Below, one piece after another: positions 53,254 to 63,351 of a DNA stretch of 64,000 nt. Every line of letters begins with the position of its first letter. Positions within the stretch are counted from its first letter, which is position 1. The stretch is taken from contig CAZFSS010000001.1 in the NCBI GenBank assembly GCA_964521715.1, forward strand, positions 26,802-90,801, read 5' to 3'. Both the position numbers and the translations under genes were made by a program. The notes beneath the pieces are model-generated. The model did no database searches and had not been told where the DNA came from. It saw only the letters and a list, made by a program, of their open reading frames with translations. Source of the stretch: an uncultured candidatus Brocadiaceae bacterium (GTDB lineage: Bacteria > Planctomycetota > Brocadiia > SM23-32).

Positions 53254-54507
53254 TCAGTCGCTCTTGAGGGAGAGCCCCAGCGCGCCCAGTTTGGTCTCGA
53301 TCTCCTTCAGGCTGGTCGCGCCGAAGTTAGGGACGCCCAGCAAGTGCTTCCTGGTCAGTTGGATCAACTGGCCGACCGTCGTCACTCCCAACCGTTCCAT
53401 ACACTTGCGGGACCGGGTCGAGAGCTCAAGCTCCTCGACCGACATGTTCAGCCTTTCCTGGACCGGTATGTCCTCGCCGGCCTCGAGCGCGCTGATCGCG
53501 CGGCCCGTCCTGGCGCCTGTGGCCTCGTAGCGGGCCAACAGATCCTGCACTTCGTGCTCGTTGAGCATGTTGTCCCGCACGGCGGGGCCGGGCATCGAGG
53601 CGCCGATCTCTCCCAGGCCTCCCTCGGGCAGGCCGAATATCTCGTCCATCGTCCTCAGGCGCTGCGGCTTGCTCACGTCGACGTACATCGTCAATGACGA
53701 CTCGGCGTCCTTCAGGTACAACTGCGCCTGCTTGTGCGTCGGCTCGATGGCCAGCACACGCTTGTAGCAGTTGATCGCCTCCTCGTATTCTCCGTGGTCT
53801 TCGTAGAGGACGCCCAGGTTGATCAGCGCGCCCACGTACGTGGGCTGGAGCCTGACGCAGCGCTCGTAGAGCCCCCTGGCGCGGTCGTCTTCGCCGTTCA
53901 GGTCGCAGTTCAGCGCCAGGCGGAACAGGCTGCGGGTATGCTTCGGGTCCTTGGTCAGAGCCGCCTCGAAGAACTCGATGGCCTGGCCGTACTCCCCCTC
54001 GGTCTCGGCCACGCGGCCCCTCGCGTAGAGGACGTCGGCCGACGCCCCCCCATCGTCGGGCAGGCCCTTCAGCAGCTTCTCCGCCGGTTCGTAGTCGCGC
54101 AGGTTGCAGTGGGCCTCGATCATCAGGACGTCGGTTTCCCGGTCGTCCTCGCTGAGTCGGCCCTTGTCCAGGTACTCGATGGCTTCCCGTTCCCGGCCCA
54201 TCTTCAGGTATGCGCGACCGAGGAAATGGGAAGCCGTCTTGCGCGTACGGATCTTCTCGAGCTCCCGCGCTGCGGCGCCGTAGTCGCCCCTCGCGAAGTG
54301 CAGTATGCCGACCTTCTCCAGCACGTCGCGCTGCTGGTCCTCGGAAGCTCCTTCGAGCTGCGCTTGCACGTCTCTGATCCGGCTGTCGGTGAAGTCGACG
54401 TTCGAGTAGCTCTCGTAGATGCGCTGAACCAGCTCATCGAAGTTCGTGCGGTCGAGCACTCCGGCCAGCAGCTCGTCCAACTTCTGCTTCGTGGCAGCAG
54501 TCGTCAT
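53254..54507 (-). CDS. TPR-repeat protein with C-terminal RNA polymerase alpha-subunit CTD-like domain
   Basis: Multiple TPR repeats (AIEYLDKG..., YARGRVAETEGEYGQAIEFFEAAL, YVGALINLGVLYEDHGEYEEAINCYKRVLAI); the last ~65 aa (MSVEELELSTRSRKCMERLGVTTVGQLIQLTRKHLLGVPNFGATSLKEIETKL) match the RpoA alpha-CTD helix-hairpin-helix. Confidence 0.75.
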   Translation of the reverse strand: MTTAATKQKLDELLAGVLDRTNFDELVQRIYESYSNVDFTDSRIRDVQAQLEGASEDQQRDVLEKVGILHFARGDYGAAARELEKIRTRKTASHFLGRAYLKMGREREAIEYLDKGRLSEDDRETDVLMIEAHCNLRDYEPAEKLLKGLPDDGGASADVLYARGRVAETEGEYGQAIEFFEAALTKDPKHTRSLFRLALNCDLNGEDDRARGLYERCVRLQPTYVGALINLGVLYEDHGEYEEAINCYKRVLAIEPTHKQAQLYLKDAESSLTMYVDVSKPQRLRTMDEIFGLPEGGLGEIGASMPGPAVRDNMLNEHEVQDLLARYEATGARTGRAISALEAGEDIPVQERLNMSVEELELSTRSRKCMERLGVTTVGQLIQLTRKHLLGVPNFGATSLKEIETKLGALGLSLKSD

Positions 54508-54600
54508 AATGGTCCTTTAGCAAATGACTTAGGGCATGGAAGGAGGGCCATACAAGCGACATGCGACAGCACGCGCTTTTGTCTCAGGGTACCAGAAAGT

Positions 54601-54629
54601 TTGACCAGTGTCAAGCTATCTGGTATGCT
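54601..54629 (+). promoter_or_regulatory. sigma-70 type promoter of kdsA-nadD (TTGACC-17-TATGCT)
   Basis: ttgacc agtgtcaagctatctgg tatgct about 60 nt upstream of the kdsA ATG; coordinates +/-2. Confidence 0.45.
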
Positions 54630-54691
54630 GCTTGCTCTGGGGGCGCGACTGCTGCAAGGACCATGGTGGGCTCGGAAGGAAAGCCCGTCCG

Positions 54692-55516
54692 ATGGGAAGA
54701 GTCAACATAACGGACTCCGTCGCCGTCGGCGATGGCCTGCCCCTGTTCGTGGTGGCCGGGCCCTGCGTCATCGAGAGCAGGCAGTTGTGCATCGACATTG
54801 CGGGCCGCATGAAGGAGGCCTGCGACGAGCTGGAGCTGCCCTACGTCTTCAAGGCGTCCTTCGACAAGGCCAATCGGACCAGCATCGCGTCCTTCCGCGG
54901 CGTGGGGCTCGAGGAGGGGCTGCGCATCCTGGGCCAGGTGAAGGAGCAGGTGCATGTGCCCGTCCTGACGGACATCCACACGCCCGACCAGGCCGCGCCC
55001 GTCGCGCAGGTCGTCGACGTGCTCCAGATCCCCGCCTTCCTGTGCCGGCAGACAGACCTGCTGGTGGCCGCCGCCCGCACGGGCGCCGCGATCAACATCA
55101 AGAAGGGCCAGTTCATGGCTCCGGATGAGATGAAGCGCGCGGCGGAGAAGGTCACCCTGATGGGCAACGACCGCGTGATGCTGTGCGAGCGGGGCACGTG
55201 CTTCGGTTACCACGACTTGGTGGTGGACATGCGTTCCATCGTGCGCATGAAGTCCATCGGGCACCCGGTCCTGTTCGATGCCACGCATTCGACGCAGCGG
55301 CCGGGAGGCCTCGGCTTCCAGAGCGACGGGGAGCGGCAGATGATCCCCGCGTTGGCCCAGGCGGCCGTGGCCGTCGGCGTCGACGGCGTGTTCCTGGAAG
55401 TCCATCCCGACCCAGACACGGCCCTCTCCGACGGCGCCAGCATGCTGCACATCAATGCGGCTCCGGCCTTGCTGGCGCAGTTGAAGGCCATCTCGACTCT
55501 TCCGGGAATAAGGTGA
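54692..55516 (+). CDS. kdsA: 3-deoxy-8-phosphooctulonate synthase
   Basis: FVVAGPCVIES, FKASFDKANRTS, QIPAFLCRQTDLL KDO8P synthase motifs. Confidence 0.95.
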   Translation: MGRVNITDSVAVGDGLPLFVVAGPCVIESRQLCIDIAGRMKEACDELELPYVFKASFDKANRTSIASFRGVGLEEGLRILGQVKEQVHVPVLTDIHTPDQAAPVAQVVDVLQIPAFLCRQTDLLVAAARTGAAINIKKGQFMAPDEMKRAAEKVTLMGNDRVMLCERGTCFGYHDLVVDMRSIVRMKSIGHPVLFDATHSTQRPGGLGFQSDGERQMIPALAQAAVAVGVDGVFLEVHPDPDTALSDGASMLHINAAPALLAQLKAISTLPGIR

Positions 55517-56136
55517 TGGCCGGAACGGGCATCTTCGGGGGTTCGTTCAATCCCGTCCACGTCGGGCACCTGATCCTGGCCGAACGGGCCCGTTCGGAAC
55601 GTTCCCTGGACGAGGTCCTCTTCGTGCCCGCCCCGCGGCCCCCGCACAAGTCGGATCGCCCGCTGATTGCGGCCCGGCATCGCATGCGCATGGTGGAGCT
55701 GGCCATCGAGGGCAACCCGGCCTTCACGGCTCTGCCGCTCGAGATAGAACGCGAGGGGCCGTCCTACACGCTCACTACGGTCAGGCAGCTTCGCCAGGAG
55801 AAGGGCGGGGCGGATCTGTACCTCGTTCTTGGGGGGGACAGCCTGCACGACATCCCGACCTGGTGGCGCGCCGAGGAGCTGGTCCGAGAAGTGGACATCA
55901 TCGCCTTCGACCGGCCCGGCAGCACGGTCGAGGCAGCGCTTTCAAGGCTGACGGGCGTCTTCGGCGAGGCATGGGCGGAGCGGGTCCGCGAACTGAAGGT
56001 CGAGGCTCCCCTGCTGGACATGTCCGCCACGGACGTTCGCTGCCGGGTTGGCGAGGGCAAGTCCGTCCGCTACCTGGTGCCCGACGCGGTGCACCGCTAC
56101 ATCATCGACAACGGCCTCTACCGCAGCGCCCGATGA
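55516..56136 (+). CDS. nadD: nicotinate-nucleotide adenylyltransferase
   Basis: GIFGGSFNPVHVGHL (HxGH) and ISATDVR motifs; ATG overlaps the kdsA stop (TGATG). Confidence 0.9.
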   Translation: MAGTGIFGGSFNPVHVGHLILAERARSERSLDEVLFVPAPRPPHKSDRPLIAARHRMRMVELAIEGNPAFTALPLEIEREGPSYTLTTVRQLRQEKGGADLYLVLGGDSLHDIPTWWRAEELVREVDIIAFDRPGSTVEAALSRLTGVFGEAWAERVRELKVEAPLLDMSATDVRCRVGEGKSVRYLVPDAVHRYIIDNGLYRSAR

Positions 56137-56167
56137 GCCGTTGGGGCCGGTCGGCGCGCGGCGGCAT

Positions 56168-57208
56168 TCACTCGGGCTCGACGTCCTCCGTGTCTTCCAG
56201 GTCGCGGCCGGCTATGCGGCGCAGGTCCTGCCTTCGCTTGCGCCGGCTCGGGCTGCGCCTTGCCTTGGCGATCTGCTGCGTTGGCTCCTCGACGTCGGTC
56301 TCCCGCGGCACCCGCTGCTCCTCGGTTGTCTCGACGATTCTGACGTACCTGCCGTAGTGGGCCGGCGGCAGTTCGCCCGTTTCGACCGCTTCTTTGACGG
56401 CACAACCGGGCTCGTGCATGTGGAGGCAATCGGGCATGCGGCAATCCGCGGACAGCTCCCATATGCGGGGGAAGAACTGCGCCACGTCCCGCTTCTCGAT
56501 CTCCCACAGCGTGAACTCGCGTATGCCGGGCGTGTCCACGACGTAGCCGCCGAAGTCCAGGGCCAGCAGCGAGACGCTGCTGGTCGTGTGCCGCCCCTTC
56601 GCCATGACCGGTCCGGTCTTGAGCCTCAGGCCGGGCTGGATGGCATTGATCAGAGCCGATTTGCCGACGCCGCTGTGGCCGGCCAGAACCGTGCTCTTGT
56701 TGCGGAGGACGTTTATCAGGGCCCCCAGGCCCGTGCGCTTCGTGGCGCTGGTCAGGAGCACCTCGTAGCCCATCTCGCGGTAGAGCTCTGCGGCGTCCAG
56801 GTAATCCGATTCGTCCTTTGCCAGGTCGGTCTTGTTGATGCAGACGACCGGCTCGATGCCGCCGGCCTCGCCGGCGATGACGTAGCGGTCGATGATGCCG
56901 GGAGTCAGCGACGGCCTGCGGACGGAGGCGACGATGAGGATCTGGTCGACGTTGGCCACGATGACGTGTTCGATCCTGGGATCGCGGGGCGATCGGCGGG
57001 AAAGCTTGGTGCGGCGGGGAAGCACCTCCCCGATGATGCCCTCGCCCTCCTCGGTGGGCGCGAAGACAACGCCGTCGCCGACGGCCAGCGGCTTCGATTC
57101 CCCCGTGTCGCTCCCTACCAGACGCCCGCGGACCTTGCACTCGTAGGTCCTGCCGCCCGCGTTCACCTCGCACAGCACCGCTTGTATCTTCGTGACGGTC
57201 CCTTGCAT
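56168..57208 (-). CDS. rsgA: ribosome small-subunit-dependent GTPase A
   Basis: OB fold N-terminus, circularly permuted GTPase motifs (CINKTDL ... LAGHSGVGKSALINA ... DTPG), C-terminal zinc-finger Cys/His (CRMPDCLHMHEPGC). Confidence 0.9.
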   Translation of the reverse strand: MQGTVTKIQAVLCEVNAGGRTYECKVRGRLVGSDTGESKPLAVGDGVVFAPTEEGEGIIGEVLPRRTKLSRRSPRDPRIEHVIVANVDQILIVASVRRPSLTPGIIDRYVIAGEAGGIEPVVCINKTDLAKDESDYLDAAELYREMGYEVLLTSATKRTGLGALINVLRNKSTVLAGHSGVGKSALINAIQPGLRLKTGPVMAKGRHTTSSVSLLALDFGGYVVDTPGIREFTLWEIEKRDVAQFFPRIWELSADCRMPDCLHMHEPGCAVKEAVETGELPPAHYGRYVRIVETTEEQRVPRETDVEEPTQQIAKARRSPSRRKRRQDLRRIAGRDLEDTEDVEPE

Positions 57209-57216
57209 ACGCTCCT

Positions 57217-58260
57217 TCAGTCGGCGCCGGTGCGGCGACTCCCCAGTTCGGTGAACAGATGATCGAGCGCTAGGCGGCGGTTGGCGTTGTTGCCGACTGC
57301 CTCGATGGCGTCGAGCACGAGATCGGCCTGCTCGAGGAAGCCGTCGGGCCCGGCGTCGGCCGCCGCCTTCCGGATTGCGTCCCGCCCGGCCCTGTTGAGG
57401 AGGGGCGGCTCACCTTTGGGGTCAGCCGCCGTCACGGCGAGGTCGCGGTAGTAGAGGAGCGCGCACTCAAGCAGCTCCTGGAGCTCGACGCGGCTTGCAG
57501 CGGCGGAGCCGCCGGCCTGCCTGGCCAGGCCGTCCAGCCAGTCGGAGAGGCGGAAGTTGTCCTCGACGGAGACTGCCCGGAGCTGCTCGATCAACTCCTT
57601 GTTGAACGCGTGCAGCCCCCCCCGGCGGAGCTGCTCGGCCAGGCCGGGGCTGCCCCAGGCGCGGCCGGCCAGCCAATGCGCGTCTTCCGGCGCCGCGCCG
57701 TCCGCCTCGAGGCGGGCGCCCAGGACCTCGGGCCTGAGGTTCCGGAGCCTGACGACGCGGCAGCGGCTGATGACCGTCTCCGGGATCGGGCGGAGGCTCG
57801 ACGCGATGAGCAGGAACACGCAGCCCCCCGGCGGCTCTTCCAGCGTCTTCAGGAAGCAGTTCGCCGCCTCGATGGACAGGCGTTCGGCGTCGCGGATGAC
57901 GAAGACGCGTCGCGAGGCGGTCACCGGCTTCAGGGCGGCCACGCGCTGCATCTCGCGCACCGCGTCGATCGGGATGAGCTGCCTGCTCTCGGGCACGGCC
58001 TCCTCCCGGTAGTCGGGGTGTCCGCCGGCGCCCATAAGCCGGCAGCTCCGGCAGGCCCCGCACGCGGCGTCCGGCTGCGGAGGCTCGTCGCACAGAAGGA
58101 TGCGGGCGAGCTCCCGCGCCATTGCCAAGCGTCCGGTGCCAGCAGAGCCTACGAAGAGAAGGGCGTGCGGCAGCCTGTCGCTCCTGAGCGCCGCACGGAT
58201 CAGGCGCGCCGCGGTCTCCTGTCCCGGGATGTCATCAAGCGACATGGTGCCCTCGGTCAC
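57217..58260 (-). CDS. holB: DNA polymerase III subunit delta'
   Basis: HALLFVGSAGTGRLAMAREL, zinc-module CGACRSC, LIASS(L)RPIPETVISRC. Confidence 0.85.
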   Translation of the reverse strand: MTEGTMSLDDIPGQETAARLIRAALRSDRLPHALLFVGSAGTGRLAMARELARILLCDEPPQPDAACGACRSCRLMGAGGHPDYREEAVPESRQLIPIDAVREMQRVAALKPVTASRRVFVIRDAERLSIEAANCFLKTLEEPPGGCVFLLIASSLRPIPETVISRCRVVRLRNLRPEVLGARLEADGAAPEDAHWLAGRAWGSPGLAEQLRRGGLHAFNKELIEQLRAVSVEDNFRLSDWLDGLARQAGGSAAASRVELQELLECALLYYRDLAVTAADPKGEPPLLNRAGRDAIRKAAADAGPDGFLEQADLVLDAIEAVGNNANRRLALDHLFTELGSRRTGAD

Positions 58261-58496
58261 TCCTCCACGATGGCGAGCACTTCGCTGACTTTGACCTTGT
58301 CCCCTTCCATGGCGAGGATGCTCTTCAGCGTTCCGCTGACCGGGGCGGGCACGGTGAACGCCGCCTTGTCCGTCAGCATCTCCACCATGTCCTGTCCCTG
58401 TTGCAGCGCTTCGCCTTCCTCCACGTACCAGAAGGAGACCTCGGCCTCGTCGGGGGCGTCGTCGCCCAGGGATGGCAGCCTGACCTCGAATGCCAT
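58257..58496 (-). CDS. lipoyl/biotin attachment domain protein (stand-alone)
   Basis: 79 aa; VEMLTDKAAFTVPAPVSG: the lipoyl-lysine hairpin (TDKA) of E2/H-protein-like lipoyl domains. Confidence 0.75.
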   Translation of the reverse strand: MAFEVRLPSLGDDAPDEAEVSFWYVEEGEALQQGQDMVEMLTDKAAFTVPAPVSGTLKSILAMEGDKVKVSEVLAIVEE

Positions 58497-58497
58497 G

Positions 58498-59400
58498 TCA
58501 TCCTCCGGTTGCGTTTCCTGATCCCGCGCCGGCCCGGCCCAGCAGGGCGGCGGCCACGGCCTCGGCGTGGTAGCTGCTTCGCACGAAGGGGCCGCTGGCG
58601 ACCGCTGCGAACCCCATCTCCAGCGCCCGGGCCTTCAGCCCATCGAAGCGCTCGGGCGGCACGAACTCCACGACGGGATGGTGCGCCTGAGAGGGCGCCA
58701 GATACTGCCCCAGCGTCAGGACGCGGCAGCCTGCCTCCAGCAGGTCGGCCAACGCAGCGGCCAGCTCGTCCTCCGTCTCGCCGAGGCCGAGCATCAGTCC
58801 GCTCTTGACGACGGGGGGCGGGCAGGATTGCGCCGCCTGGGCAAGGACGGCCAGCGACCGGCCGTAGTCCGCCTGCGGCCTGACCTCCGGATACAGCCTG
58901 GGGACAGTCTCCACGTTGTGGTTGAAGACCTCCGGCCCGGCCTTCAGGACGCGCTCCACGTCATTGGGATTGCCCCTGAAGTCGGGCACCAGGACCTCCA
59001 CGGCCGCCGTCGCGGCCTCGTGAACGGCCCGGACCGTCCGCGCGAACTGCTCGCTTCCGCCATCCGGCAGGTCGTCGCGGGTCACGCTCGTGATAACGAC
59101 GTGCCGCAATGCCATGCGGCGCACCGCCTCGGCGATGCGGGCCGGTTCATCGGCGTCGGGGGGCCGGGGGATGCCGCTCGAAACGGCGCAGAACGTGCAG
59201 CCCCTCGTGCACACCGAGCCCAGTATCATGAATGTGGCGGTCCCTCGGGCGAAGCATTCCCCGATGTTCGGGCAGTGCGCCTCCTGGCAGATTGTGTGCA
59301 GGTCGAGCTCCTTCAGCAATGCCAGGACCGGTTCGGTGCTGCCGCGGGGGGGCAGGCGCCTCTTCAGCCAGGGGGCCAGTCTCTTGCCGGTTGCCTTCAT
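58498..59400 (-). CDS. lipA: lipoyl synthase
   Basis: CPNIGECF auxiliary cluster and CTRGCTFC radical-SAM CxxxCxxC motif; ATG at 59398-59400. Confidence 0.95.
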   Translation of the reverse strand: MKATGKRLAPWLKRRLPPRGSTEPVLALLKELDLHTICQEAHCPNIGECFARGTATFMILGSVCTRGCTFCAVSSGIPRPPDADEPARIAEAVRRMALRHVVITSVTRDDLPDGGSEQFARTVRAVHEAATAAVEVLVPDFRGNPNDVERVLKAGPEVFNHNVETVPRLYPEVRPQADYGRSLAVLAQAAQSCPPPVVKSGLMLGLGETEDELAAALADLLEAGCRVLTLGQYLAPSQAHHPVVEFVPPERFDGLKARALEMGFAAVASGPFVRSSYHAEAVAAALLGRAGAGSGNATGG

Positions 59401-60089
59401 GCCGTCGCCACCGTCTGCGCAGCCGCCTTCGCAAGGGACATCTCGAAGTGCTCGGCGAAGTATCGCGCCGCCCGCTCGGCCACGTCTTCCAGGGCAGGTG
59501 CTGATCCCAGCTCGCGCTCCAGGGACGTGATCTCGGCCCGGCGCAGCCCGCACGGGACGATCAGGTCGAACCTGGACAGGTCGGTCGAGACGTTCAGGGC
59601 CACGCCGTGGTAGCTGACCCAGCGACGCACCGCGATGCCGATCGACGCGATCTTCCTGTTTTCCACCCAGACGCCCGTATGCGGGGAGTCGGCGTGAGCG
59701 GGCACGCCGTAGCTGCGGCAGAGCCTGACCAGCCAGCCCTCCAGGTCGCGCAGGTAGCGATGCAGGTCGCAGCCGCGCGGCTTCAGGTGGACGATGGGAT
59801 AGACCACCAACTGGCCGGGGCCGTGGAAGGTGACCTCCCCGCCGCGGTTCGTCTCGGCCACCGAGACGCCGAGCTCCGCCAGCCGCGACTCGCCCGCCAG
59901 CACGTCGGAACGCCGGCCTCGGCGGCCGAGCGTGATCGTCGCAGGGTGTTCGATGCAGAGCAGGTAGTTGGCTGCGCCCTCGGAGGCGATGCAGGCGTCC
60001 CGCAGTCGCTCCTGAAGCTGTACCGCTTCCTGGTAGCCCAAATGGAGCAGGTCAGTGCGGAACAGCCTCGGTCGTTCGGCGGCTGCCAT
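59397..60089 (-). CDS. lipB: octanoyltransferase
   Basis: ITLGRRG, RGGEVTFHGPGQLVVYPI, catalytic Cys/Lys region (KIASIGIAV) typical of LipB. Confidence 0.9.
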   Translation of the reverse strand: MAAAERPRLFRTDLLHLGYQEAVQLQERLRDACIASEGAANYLLCIEHPATITLGRRGRRSDVLAGESRLAELGVSVAETNRGGEVTFHGPGQLVVYPIVHLKPRGCDLHRYLRDLEGWLVRLCRSYGVPAHADSPHTGVWVENRKIASIGIAVRRWVSYHGVALNVSTDLSRFDLIVPCGLRRAEITSLERELGSAPALEDVAERAARYFAEHFEMSLAKAAAQTVATA

Positions 60090-60094
60090 CGCGG

Positions 60095-61493
60095 TCAACC
60101 CCTCCAGTTGACGGGCAGGCCGATGAGCCCTTCGGCGGCCTCCCGAAGCGCCTCGGGCAGCGTCGGATGGGCGTGAATCGTGTCGGCCAGCTCCTCGGCG
60201 GTGCACTCCAACTGCATGGCCAGGGCTGCCTCTCCGATCAAGGAGCTCGCCTCGGGCCCGCAGATGTGCACGCCCAGCAGCTCTCCGGTCCTCGCGTCGG
60301 CCAGCATCTTGACGAAGCCGTCCGTCTCGCCCAGGATGTGGGCCCTGCCCAGGGCGCGCAGGGGGAACCTCTTCACGCTCACCTCCGTGACGGCGCGCCG
60401 CGCTTCGTCCTCGGTCAGGCCCACCGTCGCGACCTCCGGCAACGTGAAGACGCAGGCCGGCACGACGCGGCGGTCCATCGCCGCCGTGAGCGAGCCGGTG
60501 GCGTGCGTGGCCGCTACGATGCCTTCCCGGCTGCCCACATGGGCCAGCATGAGGTGGCCGACCACGTCGCCCGCGGCGTAGATGTGGGGCTGCGCGGTCT
60601 GCATGTGTTCGTTGACGACCAACTGGCCCTCTCCGGCCGGCTCGAGGCCCGCCCGCTCGACCTCCAGCCCGGTGCAGTCTGCCCGGCGGCCGACGCAGAC
60701 GAGCATGCGCCGCGCCGCCACCTCATCTCCACCGGTCAGCTTCGCTCGCACGCCCCCTTTGTCCTTGTTGACGCTCTCCAGCCGGACGCCCGTGAGCATG
60801 GAGACGCCGAGCTTCTTCAGGCTCTTCGCTACCTCACGGCCGCAGTCCTCGTCCATCCCGGGCAGGATGCGGTCCATGGCTTCGATGACCACCACCTCGA
60901 CGCCGAAGGCGGCGAAGATCCCGGCGAATTCGATCCCGATGTAGCCGCCGCCGACGATGACGACGGACTCGGGAAGCTCGTTCGAGAGGACGGCGTCCGC
61001 GCTGTCCATCACGATCTCGTGGTCGAACGGGACTTCCGGAAGCTCGACAGGCCTGGAGCCCGTGGCGATGATGACGTTGCGGGCGGTTACGTCGCGCTCG
61101 CCTTCCTGGCCCTCCACGTGGAGCGTATGGGGGTCCTTGAATCGGGCGACGGCCTGGATCAGCTCCACGCCATTGCCGCCCAGCAGGGCCCTGACGCCGC
61201 CGCGCAGCCTCGCCACGATGGCGTCGCGCCGCGCTGCCACGGCGGCGTAGTTCAGCTCGCATCCCCCGACGTTGAGGCCGTACTCGGCGGCACGCTCGAG
61301 CTGTCGCAGCATGTGGGCCGAGTGCGACAACGCCTTGGTGGGGATGCAGCCTACGTTCGTGCAGACGCCGCCGAGTTCGGACTTCTCGACGATGCATGTT
61401 CGCGCCCCGAGCTGGGCCGCGCGTATCGCGGCCACGTACCCGGCCGGCCCGGCGCCGATGACGGCCATGTCGAAGTCGTAACTGTCGCTCATC
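60095..61493 (-). CDS. lpdA: dihydrolipoyl dehydrogenase
   Basis: FAD motif VIGAGPAGY, redox-active disulfide GGVCTNVGCIPTK, C-terminal HAHPTLPE. Confidence 0.95.
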
Positions 61494-61708
61494 ATTTCCC
61501 TGTTGACTGCGGGCGGGTCCTGAGAGGTCCACGAGGGATGCAGCAGGGACTCCCGCCAGGGCTCCATTGTAATGCGTGGGGACGGCCAGTCAAAGGCGTC
61601 GCGCCACCCGGGCGACCATGACGGCTAGGGTGGCAGGGCTCGGCCGTGCCGCTGGTTCTGCCCTCGTTCCGCACCGGCGGACGTGAACGCGCCCTGGCGC
61701 AGGGACCC

Positions 61709-63172
61709 TCAGGAGCAACGGCCGGGGAGAAGGCCGCCGTTGAGCTTTTCGAGCGTCTCGGCGTGCTGCCCGCGTTCCGTCTCGCGCAGGCGCCGGGCGT
61801 AGGTCTCCAGCCTGCCGCGGGTGTGGAACGGGCCGCCTTCGTCCATGACGGTCCAGAGCGGGTCGATCCGGCTCGTTGACGTTGCCATCATGTCCGCGTG
61901 CCACTTTTCCAGGAGCGCCAGGCCCCTGTCCGCGATGTCCTGGCGCTCCTTGGCCAGGTTATGGGTCTCGTGGGGATCCTCCTCCAGGTTGAAGGCCATG
62001 ACCTGGGGGAAGTCCTTCATGCCGGTGTGGTAGGTCCGGATGACGATCCACGGGCCGAACCGGACGCTGCGCTGGCAGCTCCAGGCGCACTGGCTGACGA
62101 CCAGGCACTCGCGGCCGCGATCCCGCCCGTCCAGGGCGGCGGCGAAGCTCCGGCCGTCCCATCGCGCCGGACACTGCCCGCCCAGCAGCTCCATCATGGT
62201 GGGCGGCAGGTCCAGATTGTAATGCAGCCCGTCGTCGGCGCGTCTGCCTTCCTTGCCCGGCCAGCGGATGATGAGGGGTACGCGGCTGGTGATGTGGTCG
62301 GCCGTGTGGTGGTCCCCGTAGATGTTCAGCTCTCCCTGGTTCTCCCCGTGGTCGGAGCTGATGATGACGGCGGTGTCGTCCAGAACGCCCTTGCGCTCGA
62401 GGGCCTCCAGTATCCGGCCGAAGTGGTCGTCCGCGTAGCGGACGCCGACGTCGTAGCCGTCGATCCAGCGCCGGAAGTCCTGAAGGTTGCGGATCTGGGC
62501 CGGCTGGCGCGGCAGGTCGCGGTCGGACCCGAAGCCCCACGGTTCGTGGGCGCTGTGGGGGCCGAAACCGTTGTAATGCCGTTCGATCAGTTCATCGCTG
62601 ATCCAGCCGGGGATTGGCTCTCCTTCGAACGGATTGCCGTACTCCTCCGGCGTGCGGTAGGGCGTGTGGGGGTCCCAGACGTTCACGTGCAGGAACCAGT
62701 TGTCCTCCCCGCCGTGCCGCTCTATCCAGTCCAGTGCGATGGGGACGACCTCGTCGGCACGCTCCATGCCGCCTTTGCCCGGGTTGTGCATCTCGCGCCA
62801 GCCGTGGTAGAACCACCACGCCGAGTGCCGCTCGGCAAAGGGGCTGACGCTGACGGGGTAGAGGCCACAGTGCCGCATCGCCATCGGCCATGAGTGCCAC
62901 TCCTGCGGGAGCCTGAACCCGCGCTCGTGCCCGACGATGTAGGGGTCAGCCGCGCTGCCGCCGTGGCCCACCACGCCCGTGTGGATGCCGAACCGGCCCA
63001 GGAACAACGCCGCGCGCGAGGGCAGGCACGGCGCGTCCGTCGCGTAGCAGTTCGTGAAGACGGTCCCTTGGCGCGCGACGCGGTCGATGTTCGGCGACGT
63101 GTTGCGCTCATACCCATAGCAGCCGAGGTGATCCGGCCTGAGCGTGTCGATGTCGTAGTACAGGACGCGCAT
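61709..63172 (-). CDS. sulfatase (formylglycine-dependent arylsulfatase family)
   Basis: Sulfatase signature CLPSRAALFLGR (C-x-P-S-R), metal-binding DxD and HH motifs. Confidence 0.9.
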   Translation of the reverse strand: MRVLYYDIDTLRPDHLGCYGYERNTSPNIDRVARQGTVFTNCYATDAPCLPSRAALFLGRFGIHTGVVGHGGSAADPYIVGHERGFRLPQEWHSWPMAMRHCGLYPVSVSPFAERHSAWWFYHGWREMHNPGKGGMERADEVVPIALDWIERHGGEDNWFLHVNVWDPHTPYRTPEEYGNPFEGEPIPGWISDELIERHYNGFGPHSAHEPWGFGSDRDLPRQPAQIRNLQDFRRWIDGYDVGVRYADDHFGRILEALERKGVLDDTAVIISSDHGENQGELNIYGDHHTADHITSRVPLIIRWPGKEGRRADDGLHYNLDLPPTMMELLGGQCPARWDGRSFAAALDGRDRGRECLVVSQCAWSCQRSVRFGPWIVIRTYHTGMKDFPQVMAFNLEEDPHETHNLAKERQDIADRGLALLEKWHADMMATSTSRIDPLWTVMDEGGPFHTRGRLETYARRLRETERGQHAETLEKLNGGLLPGRCS

Positions 63173-63351
63173 TCGGGCCTCCGATGCGTTTGGCGGAACG
63201 GCGCGCTGCGTTAGCGCGGCCGCCCGACACGGCGGAGGTCCGGATTGTAAGCGTGCGTCCCCGGAGTGTCAATCGGCCGGCGATTGCGTCGGCCGCCGCC
63301 CGCCCGTAACATCAGCTTCTTCCCACGCCGCGCATGGAGGGAGGGACGCCC

